Shown here: piece by piece, positions 58,301-64,000 of the stretch
How the letters are laid out: every line of letters starts with the position of its first letter
Position numbering within the stretch: position 1 is the first letter of the stretch
Source of the DNA: a virus
Taxonomy: Duplodnaviria > Caudoviricetes
DNA length: 64,000 bases
Strand: one strand, 5' to 3'
IMG/VR virus record: IMGVR_UViG_3300033076_000210
Span: 29,930 to 93,929 of that record
Made by a program: the position numbers and the translations under genes
Notes under the pieces: model-generated
Told to the model about the DNA's origin: nothing
Databases searched by the model: none
Seen by the model: only the letters and a program-made list of their open reading frames with translations

Positions 58301-59391
58301 ACAACACCAGCAGTTAATAAATTACCACCTGTGACGTTACCACTGATTGCTGCGCCTGTTGAAACTAAGTTTGCACTTGCAACTACGTTAGCACCAGAAA
58401 CATTAGCACTCGACGTAATTGCGCCAGTTGCAGTTACTTGGCCGGCAGTAGTTAAGTTACCACCTGATACATTACCAGTTGCAGACACAACACCAGCAGT
58501 TAATAAATTACCACCTGTGACGTTACCACTGATTGCTGCGCCTGTTGAAACTAAGTTTGCACTTGCATTTACATTTGCACCATTGATGTTAGCAGAACTT
58601 GTAATTTCGCCAGTTGCAGAAACAAGACCAGCAGTTAATAAGTTACCACCTGTGATGTTACCCGATACCACAGCGCCAACTGATACTACGTTAGCAGCAG
58701 AAACCAGATTACCACCTGACACATTACCAGTTGCAGAAACAAGACCAGCAGTTAATAAGTTACCGCCTGTGATGTTACCACTAATTTCTGCACCAACTGA
58801 TACTACGTTAGCAGCAGAAACCAGATTACCACCTGATACATTACCAGTTGCGCCAACTAGGCCCGGGGTTAATAAATTACCACCCGTGATGTTGCCGGTA
58901 ACGCTTAAATTACCAGTTATGTTACCAATATATGTTGTTGATCCGTTAACTGTAAGATTACCACCGACGTTGGCATCGTTGGTATGAAAATTTGAATAAC
59001 TAGCAATTGTTATTGTGGTATTAGTTTCTACATCATTAGTGAATGCTGTAACAAACTCGTCAGCTGACTCGTCCCATACAAATGCAATGTTTTGACTTGT
59101 TCCACGTTCTCCAATGAAACCAATGTCAACAGCAGGACTGCCAGTCTGGTTTGATGCTAACAATAGAATTGGATCTTCGATTGTGGTATATGTGGTGTCA
59201 ATGGTTGTAGTATTACCTTGAACTGTAAGGTTACCAGTAACAGTAAGATCTGACCCGTAAGTTAAATTGTTAGCAAGTTTAGTAGCTGTAATACTGTATG
59301 CCTGCATTTTTGATGCAGCATTGATACCTACATACGCATTACCAGCACTTGCGTCTGATATCTGGTTATTATTAATACGAGTCACAGCCAT
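55387..59391 (-). CDS. long tail fibre protein (1334 aa) with tandem 17-residue-type repeats and peptidase G2-like C-terminus
   Basis: many GN[IV][TS]GGNL.TAG.VSAT repeats; two T/V.IEDPI modules; C-terminal ATSAQYADLAE domain. Confidence 0.85.
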   Translation of the reverse strand: MAVTRINNNQISDASAGNAYVGINAASKMQAYSITATKLANNLTYGSDLTVTGNLTVQGNTTTIDTTYTTIEDPILLLASNQTGSPAVDIGFIGERGTSQNIAFVWDESADEFVTAFTNDVETNTTITIASYSNFHTNDANVGGNLTVNGSTTYIGNITGNLSVTGNITGGNLLTPGLVGATGNVSGGNLVSAANVVSVGAEISGNITGGNLLTAGLVSATGNVSGGNLVSAANVVSVGAVVSGNITGGNLLTAGLVSATGEITSSANINGANVNASANLVSTGAAISGNVTGGNLLTAGVVSATGNVSGGNLTTAGQVTATGAITSSANVSGANVVASANLVSTGAAISGNVTGGNLLTAGVVSATGEITSSANINGANVNATSGVTAGTTVIATGNVTGGNLTTAGKVTATGNINSSANISGGNLAVTGAITSATIETTGNVLVGGNLTVQGNIQYVNVDDLRVEDPIIIMGTGPNGAPLTTDDGMDRGIYMEWYKTGLGNSWIGWENSSGNLIAAADVVFSANNVVNVNAYGTFQTGNIYAQSAVSTGNVTGGNLLTAGQVSATGNITGGNLSVGSGTISTTGNIDGGNLNATTNVTAAGGYFTSNVTIIGTLFSTSNIVANTSGTFYGNTVTGNGAIYGGVPGYTPLGSNVVIQFAGNANSYSQVNFQNINTGTSASTDYIATADDGDDSSYYIDVGINSSTFDDPINYPGFYPHDAYVHNHGGNLLLNPETVGTVIKMMVGGTDTTDVIATVSATGLSVTGTISATGNITGGNLLTGGLISATGAITSSANVNGANVNASANLVSAGAEVSGNITGGNLLTAGQVTATGNITGGNLVTPNLVSAATVTATGNVTGANVNTASMVLNGSNIDSSATRITVNSTSADVDFAVNGDTVANVFYVDAGTGTVSIGSSTQTTNAAFAMNATNSFLMPVGNTAQRPGVGVTGMLRFNSTLDAVEVYDADGWTTVGTPNFTVITDQQFDGDGVTVNFTLSEESTTNSTIVSINGIVQIPTIAYSVSSTTLTFTEAPQTGDIIDVRKLTTTTQVTSISNSPGNAIVQTNPTSAIVQITGDLNPTANVTFNLGSNTARWKDLYLSGSSMTLGNIVMKNTSGNTVAFYGPDGTTPATIDSTNVDTTTITNGTSSLSVIASGGNIRANVNGSTVGTFYSDGLSIPGIINSGANGVGNIGSSTTYFNTVFAKATSAQYADLAEVYAADAKYEPGTVLVFGGEAEVTMSTVTSDARIAGVVSTNPSYVMNATLNSEHTAVVALTGRVPTFVSGPVKKGDMMVSAGNGRAVACATPAMGTVIGKALENNLDKDSVIEIVVGRL
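58100..58920 (-). repeat. intragenic tandem/direct repeats in tail fibre
   Basis: near-identical ~70-90-nt blocks, e.g. cagcagttaataaattaccacctgtgacgttaccactgattgctgcgcctgttgaaactaagtttgcacttgca at ~58308 and ~58494. Confidence 0.8.
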
Positions 59392-59395
59392 GGTT

Positions 59396-59439
59396 TTTCC
59401 AATCTCCGATATATTGTTTATTTATGGAGATTCTGGAAA
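59396..59439 (-). promoter_or_regulatory. late promoter in the loop of an RBS-sequestering hairpin
   Basis: TTTCCAGAATCTCC-ATAAATA...-GGAGATTGGAAA-AACC-ATG. Confidence 0.6.
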
Positions 59440-59459
59440 GAAATTATGCAGTGGGTGTT

Positions 59460-60131
59460 TTACAAGAAGCGAATGTCTATAATATCGCTTGTAACAGGTG
59501 CTTGTGTAAAGGTTAATGTATTAGCCGACACACTGTATGCTGTAGTTGGTAATTGCACAATACCATTAAGCATAACCAAAGTTGCAGAAGTTGTTGACTC
59601 ACGGTCGAGTGTGAATACTGTTTCAATGCCATCAGCAGTGTCGATAGTTTGACTGGTAATGCCGCCGCCTACAACATCCCATTCTGTGCCATCGTAGTAT
59701 TCAAGTCTTTCGTAGTCGCTGTTGAACCTCAATGTACCTTGTGCAGCAGGTGCCGGACGTTGTGCCACATTTCCTACAGGAATAACAAATCCGTTGGTCC
59801 CAACAATAGTAAATGTCCCAGTGCCGTTGGGTTCAATATTGATATTAGCATTTGCGTTTTCGGTATTGATAGTTGTATCGTTGACAACCAGATTACCAAT
59901 GCTGGTTACGTTGCCTGTGATTTGACTTAACACAAACCCTTTTGTAGCTGCATCTGTGTTGGCCACTGGGTCTGCCAAGTTGTTGATATTAACATTGTCA
60001 AAATCTACATTACCTACATTAGCAAATGTTACATTTCCGATGGTTACATTGGCATTACTAATAGTCAAGTCGATACCATCTCTGTCGAGATTGGCATTTA
60101 ACATTTGACCCGAAAGATAACTTATTGCCAT
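59460..60131 (-). CDS. tail fibre-associated protein
   Basis: IPVGN.AQRP...G.LRFNS...EYYDG..W module shared with the long fibre. Confidence 0.75.
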   Translation of the reverse strand: MAISYLSGQMLNANLDRDGIDLTISNANVTIGNVTFANVGNVDFDNVNINNLADPVANTDAATKGFVLSQITGNVTSIGNLVVNDTTINTENANANINIEPNGTGTFTIVGTNGFVIPVGNVAQRPAPAAQGTLRFNSDYERLEYYDGTEWDVVGGGITSQTIDTADGIETVFTLDRESTTSATLVMLNGIVQLPTTAYSVSANTLTFTQAPVTSDIIDIRFL

Positions 60132-60151
60132 AATTTATAATAACTTGTTAA

Positions 60152-60550
60152 TTAACTACTGCTGTGAATAACGTTAACTGGCACACCGGCTGGCGGAGCA
60201 GATGTAAATGTAATATCGTAACCCCCGTCTACTGTGTAGTTTGATGTAGGGAGTTGATACAAGCTGCCAACAAATACAATAATATCTTCTGCATTACTCA
60301 CTACTTCGCTCATTGTAAACACTGTCTGGCTACCTGTTCCTGTGAATGTATCCACAGTGTAGTTAATGCCACCAGACGCTGCGAGACTTTGAAATATACT
60401 GCCGTTAAAGAATTCAATCAATCCAATGTCTGTGTTATATCTTATGAGACCAAACACAGGAGATTCGGGACGTGTGGCACTGCTGCCAGTGGGTATAACC
60501 ATACCTGAACTGCCACTTTGAAATTGACGATTCTTTAAAAAATATCCCAT
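60152..60550 (-). CDS. tail fibre-associated protein
   Basis: IPTGS..TRP...GLIRYN; FTG.GSQT.FT..., YTV....ITFTSAP. Confidence 0.75.
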   Translation of the reverse strand: MGYFLKNRQFQSGSSGMVIPTGSSATRPESPVFGLIRYNTDIGLIEFFNGSIFQSLAASGGINYTVDTFTGTGSQTVFTMSEVVSNAEDIIVFVGSLYQLPTSNYTVDGGYDITFTSAPPAGVPVNVIHSSS

Positions 60551-60864
60551 TACACAGACGTATAACTTACTACCGCAGTGATCGAGTTGTCAGCCGCAGC
60601 ATTGACTTGAATCGAGTCCCCAGTATCTAATACAAGTTTTTCGTTCCCAGAATAAAACTGATACGTATCTTGCGGAGTAATTAGAATGTTTGCAACGACA
60701 ACATTAAGATTACCAACAGAATCGCCATTGGGAACAACATAAACATTGGCAGTCACATTCGCTGCACTATAGTTTGCAAGACTTAAAAATGTCACTGCGG
60801 TATTACCTGTGCTAACATAAACGTTAGCAATAGAAGTTGTGACATTAGATGTTGAAATTGACAT
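60550..60864 (-). CDS. small virion protein (paralogous to 54382-54711)
   Basis: EKLVLDTGDSIQV motif. Confidence 0.7.
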   Translation of the reverse strand: MSISTSNVTTSIANVYVSTGNTAVTFLSLANYSAANVTANVYVVPNGDSVGNLNVVVANILITPQDTYQFYSGNEKLVLDTGDSIQVNAAADNSITAVVSYTSV

Positions 60865-60873
60865 GGGTGTTCC

Positions 60874-61497
60874 TTAAAATATGATACTTAATAATTTAGC
60901 TTTGTTGTAAGCGGTGAGTTCGTCACTGGCAGTAGCAGATACAACAAATAATCCTGTTTCCCCAGCGCCTTGTGTATTGTTGTACAACACTACAGAATTT
61001 GATACTGAGCTTGGGACTCCGCCTACATTACCTAATGCTTGCGGACCATTTAATGTTAATACGTTGGTAACATTATTAAATGTTAAGTTAGCACTGGCAC
61101 CAAAATTACCGCTGTTGTTAAATTGAATTTGTGTGTTCGACCCCGAAACTGATGCATTACCAGTTGCAATGTTAGCATAAGCACTAACTGGCGAACCATC
61201 AAAATTTACACTGCTACTGACTTGCCAGACATTAGACGCTACATCAAATCTCAATCCAGCATAACTAACGTTAGCAACTTTTGTAGCAACTAGACCCATA
61301 TCTGTTATCGCGCCAACGTTGTTTGCTGCAACTACAATAAATGCATCATCAACTGCAATATCTGACACGTAGGTAATATTACCAGCAACATTTAAGTTGC
61401 CATTTACGTTCATGGACCCGACCCATTTTGAATTGCCCGAGTCGTAAGGACCAAGATTAACTGTGTAGTCACCACTGGTGGTTTTGAATGTTGCCAT
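60874..61497 (-). CDS. tail fibre-associated protein
   Basis: GSNTQIQFNNSGNFGASANLTFN motif. Confidence 0.75.
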   Translation of the reverse strand: MATFKTTSGDYTVNLGPYDSGNSKWVGSMNVNGNLNVAGNITYVSDIAVDDAFIVVAANNVGAITDMGLVATKVANVSYAGLRFDVASNVWQVSSSVNFDGSPVSAYANIATGNASVSGSNTQIQFNNSGNFGASANLTFNNVTNVLTLNGPQALGNVGGVPSSVSNSVVLYNNTQGAGETGLFVVSATASDELTAYNKAKLLSIIF

Positions 61498-62084
61498 TAG
61501 AAATTCCTCTCTGTATTTAGCTGCTGAATAAACTGTTCTATCGGCAGGTGAGCCATATTTCTTATGTTGTCTATCTCTGTTAATCTAGCGGTTGTTGGCC
61601 CAGCGACCCTGATAAATTTTGTTTCTGGGAAATCACGACAAATCTGTTGAATCTGCTTAACCCAATTGCCAGTATAAGTCGGCACTGAATCTAGTGCTTT
61701 ATAAAATTCAGTACCGGCATACATATTGTTAAATTTGTTATCTTGGGCCGGTCCCATATCAAATCCAATGAGATAAATTTTTCTGTGTTTTTCCAATGCT
61801 GCTAGTGCTGTTGCAATAGGACCAGAGCTAAATCCAAAATATTGTCTTGGCACAGGTAGCCCGCCAAGTGCTTCAGAAGGACGACGAGTGTAAAACTTAT
61901 TAGTCAACGGGTAACCAGAATTTTCAATATGTGTAACTATAGGCTTGTCTGTGGCCACTAGCACATCAGGGACAAAATCTCTATACAACGCATTACACCC
62001 GTATATGCGTCCGTGTGATTTTAATTTATCAAGAGATAAAACTTTTCGACTTACGCCGTTACCTAAAACAAATGCTACATCCAT
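61497..62084 (-). CDS. Maf/GT42-like (CMP-sugar glycosyltransferase-fold) protein
   Basis: start MDVAFVLGNGVSR at 62084; YGCNALY, PDVLVATD, SSG..A...A, KIYLIGFD. Confidence 0.55.
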   Translation of the reverse strand: MDVAFVLGNGVSRKVLSLDKLKSHGRIYGCNALYRDFVPDVLVATDKPIVTHIENSGYPLTNKFYTRRPSEALGGLPVPRQYFGFSSGPIATALAALEKHRKIYLIGFDMGPAQDNKFNNMYAGTEFYKALDSVPTYTGNWVKQIQQICRDFPETKFIRVAGPTTARLTEIDNIRNMAHLPIEQFIQQLNTERNF

Positions 62085-62120
62085 AAAAAAATCCTCCCAG
62101 TATATAGCTGAGAGGATTTT
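62085..62120 (-). terminator. terminator hairpin that also contains the GGAGG RBS of the next gene
   Basis: AAAATCCTC...GGGAGGATTTTTTT-ATG on minus strand. Confidence 0.65.
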
Positions 62121-62139
62121 GGGTTGCGTAAAATTACAA

Positions 62140-62964
62140 TTAAGAAGTGTAATTTTCAACAATTGCCAAATCAAGTGTAGCATCTGTTTCAGAGCCAGAC
62201 TTAGTAACTGTGCCTTCATCAGTGAAGAAGTTAGCAGCAAGTTCGCCTTCACCTGTATACACAACAGGGCCTGCATTGTCACCACCGTCGGCATAGCTAG
62301 TTAAGCTAGTTCCGGCAGCGTTCTGGAAATTATCCCAGTTCAACAAGAACTTGTTGGTCAACTTAGAGATAGCAACAGCAGTCGAGTCACCAGTTGTGTA
62401 GCTGATAGCCATTAAACCAGCAGCAGGTGTTAGGTCACTGGTCAATACACATTGTCCGACTAGATAACCATAACCGTTTTGTGGGCTAGCGCAAAGTGCA
62501 GTGCATGTAAAAACTGTACCAACAACAGCGCCAGCAGGAGCACCCATTTGTTGCCAATCAGTTGTATCTAAACTTGCAATATAATATGAAGCACCGACAA
62601 CCATGTCTTCGTCTTGAACTGCTTGACCGCTGCTCATCACTAGGTATTTGTGTGAACCTTTTTGGCGCAAGATAACACCATCTTCGACACCTTGACCTGA
62701 GCCATCGGGTAGTGTAATGTTAACTTGACATTTAACAATAGGGTATGTAGTAGAAGTTGCAGAGCTACTTGCACCACCAACAACACCCAAGAATTGATCA
62801 GTGTTAAACGCTGTAGTTGGGTAAACTGCATCAGTTAAGCTACCCCAATTTGGATAACCTTGGTTAACTGCTACCGCAGCAGCCGGTTGATTTAATGCGC
62901 CATTGGCGCCGTTGGTAATACCCTGTGCAGGGCCATATTTTTGAATTTTTAGAGGACGTCCCAT
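62140..62964 (-). CDS. virion structural protein (MGRPLK...), possibly capsid decoration
   Basis: 274 aa, TAAGGAG RBS, late promoter at 63063-63068, ILRQKGSHKYLV motif. Confidence 0.75.
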   Translation of the reverse strand: MGRPLKIQKYGPAQGITNGANGALNQPAAAVAVNQGYPNWGSLTDAVYPTTAFNTDQFLGVVGGASSSATSTTYPIVKCQVNITLPDGSGQGVEDGVILRQKGSHKYLVMSSGQAVQDEDMVVGASYYIASLDTTDWQQMGAPAGAVVGTVFTCTALCASPQNGYGYLVGQCVLTSDLTPAAGLMAISYTTGDSTAVAISKLTNKFLLNWDNFQNAAGTSLTSYADGGDNAGPVVYTGEGELAANFFTDEGTVTKSGSETDATLDLAIVENYTS

Positions 62965-62980
62965 TTTGTTTTCTCCTTAA

Positions 62981-63050
62981 AGAAGTCCGATGTGGGTTCT
63001 AGCCACTACGCGGCGGGTTAAACCGCATAAGCTGCATTATTGCAGACCAA
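62981..63050 (-). ncRNA. candidate structured cis-regulatory RNA in 5' leader
   Basis: three consecutive hairpins (CTGCA-ATAA-TGCAG; GCGG-TTTAAC-CCGC; GTGG-CTAGAAC-CCAC) between TAAATA and RBS. Confidence 0.4.
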
Positions 63051-63089
63051 GTTTTGAACTAGTATTTATTGAAACTTGCCCAAAATGCT

Positions 63090-63117
63090 TTGCAGGCAAT
63101 TTAATCTACTATATAAT
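63090..63117 (+). promoter_or_regulatory. sigma70-like promoter TTGCAG-N16-TATAAT for the tRNA unit
   Basis: perfect -10 ending 8 nt before tRNA 5' end. Confidence 0.6.
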
Positions 63118-63125
63118 AAACACAT

Positions 63126-63200
63126 GCGCTAGAGGCTAAGTGGTATAGCAAGAGCTTCTAAAACTCGAGATAGCAGGTTCGAACCCTGTCTAGCGCACCA
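63126..63200 (+). tRNA. tRNA with CUA anticodon (amber suppressor)
   Basis: GCGCTAG/CTAGCGC acceptor stem, A73, encoded CCA, GCTA/TAGC D-stem with GG, GCAGG-TTCGAAC-CCTGT T-arm; anticodon arm AGAGC-TT CTA AA-ACTCG (two mismatches), non-canonical A8. Confidence 0.8.
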
Positions 63201-63220
63201 TCTAACTTAAAGGAAATAAA

Positions 63221-63784
63221 ATGTCAATGTAGATTGAATATGCTTGTAAAGATGTAGTCTTCCACTTTAACAAAAAGCACTTAGAGGACGAGACTGTTCC
63301 TATGTGGGTCTTAAAATCACATGGTGTCACTTTCTATGTTAATCACATAGATGCCAATATTCCTTTTTCAACAAAGGAAACTCCCGATAACTCGCATACC
63401 AAAGGCAGCTTGAAGTTCAAGGACTGCAAATTAACTATCCACGACGATAATACTGCTACGTTGGATAAGTTAGGTATGTTTGATCACAATCTCCCGCATC
63501 CCAAAGAAACTGTTCGTATTATTGCCCGTGACGGTAGCGATATACACGAAGCACTTGCCAGGAATGAATACGCACACACTGCATTTAAGTATGTCGAAGG
63601 TGCGTGTAGTACAGAGTTTGTTATATGTGACTTGTTAGACAAGAACGAAATGTTATTGGCCATGCTAAAATATCCTAAGCAGTTTAGATTGTTAAGTCCA
63701 AATGAACGTTATTACATTGCTTATGAAAAAGATGCAACTATTTGGAGTGAAGTCGACAACGACGAGTACTACGAGCTCGAATAA
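63221..63784 (+). CDS. 187-aa hypothetical protein with in-frame TAG at codon 4 (needs amber read-through)
   Basis: AAGGA RBS then ATG TCA ATG TAG ATT GAA TAT GCT TGT..., in frame with tracked ORF 63302-63784. Confidence 0.75.
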
Positions 63785-63797
63785 TATTTGCCCAAAG

Positions 63798-63821
63798 AAA
63801 AAGCCCCTTGCGGGGCTTTTT
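63798..63821. terminator. bidirectional intrinsic terminator
   Basis: AAAAAGCCCC-TTGC-GGGGCTTTTT between convergent genes. Confidence 0.85.
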
Positions 63822-63856
63822 CGTACCTTCCCATCCCTGGGTAAGTCTTGCAGTGA

Positions 63857-64000
63857 TTAGCTGAAAGACAAGTTAGATACAGCGATCTCACCCAAGTAGT
63901 CAGCGGCGTTGCCGAAGCTGCTTGCAGTGTTTGTCAATTCGATGTAGCCATAACGTGTCATGAACGATACGACTGGTTCGAATGTTGTTGGATCCAATAC
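63857..64000 (-). CDS. gp23: major capsid protein, 3' end
   Basis: manual translation VLDPTTFEPVVSFMTRYGYIELTNTASSFGNAADYLGEIAVSNLSFS*; DP..F.P...F.TRYG is the gp23 C-terminal signature. Confidence 0.9.
   Translation of the reverse strand, partial: VLDPTTFEPVVSFMTRYGYIELTNTASSFGNAADYLGEIAVSNLSFS

Noticed and set aside
58100-58920. Repeats as CRISPR array or DGR template/variable repeats
   Set aside because: Repeats are in-frame coding units without unique spacers; no cas or reverse transcriptase gene in the window and no adenine-specific mismatch pattern noticed.
56687-58987. Long plus-strand ORFs (56687-57217, 58046-58987; also 29900-30460)
   Set aside because: Antisense shadows of repetitive or biased minus-strand genes; no RBS, promoter or motifs.
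7200-62294. Upstream-extended starts in the ORF track (e.g. 8036, 11444, 13021, 16077, 20500, 40995, 48220, 62294)
   Set aside because: Extensions overlap neighbouring genes; internal ATGs with stop-start coupling or RBS fit better and were used instead.
63151-63167. Reading the tRNA as Arg(UCU) or as a UCUA quadruplet decoder of UAGA
   Set aside because: The UCU register leaves the anticodon stem essentially unpaired (AAGAG/AACTC); four-base decoding would shift out of the frame that is open downstream.
63302-63784. ORF-track start at 63302 as the true start
   Set aside because: Only a distant GAGG precedes it, whereas ATG 63221 has a well-spaced AAGGA RBS and the intervening codons read as plausible protein; kept as a minor alternative.
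1-64000. Genome-wide alternative genetic code (TAG reassigned)
   Set aside because: All core genes translate full length under the standard code, and TAG serves as the apparent stop at 4334, 7200 and 20304; only one in-frame TAG was found.

Overview
This is a 64-kb segment of a large T4-like myovirus (uncultured freshwater-type Caudoviricetes), densely coded and mostly on the minus strand. Annotations are from motif recognition only; no database searches were run. It holds recombination/replication genes (uvsW, uvsY, uvsX, gp32) and a ~9.5-kb glycan-synthesis island (six KpsC/KpsS-like paralogues, three GT-A-like glycosyltransferases, methyltransferases, a nucleotidyltransferase-cupin fusion). 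Packaging and structural genes include the terminases, gp4, gp13/14/15, tail sheath and tube, and the 3' end of the major capsid gene. There is also a cluster of probable capsid-internal proteins with T4-type capsid-targeting N-termini and a ~16-kb tail-fibre cluster containing a flavin-dependent halogenase. Sigma70-like early promoters, TAAATA late promoters and intrinsic terminators are visible. The most striking observation is at the right end (63090-63821): a self-contained unit of promoter, tRNA with a CUA (amber-reading) anticodon, strong RBS and a gene whose fourth codon is an in-frame TAG. It looks like a suppressor tRNA paired with its own amber-gated gene, in a genome that otherwise uses the standard code.
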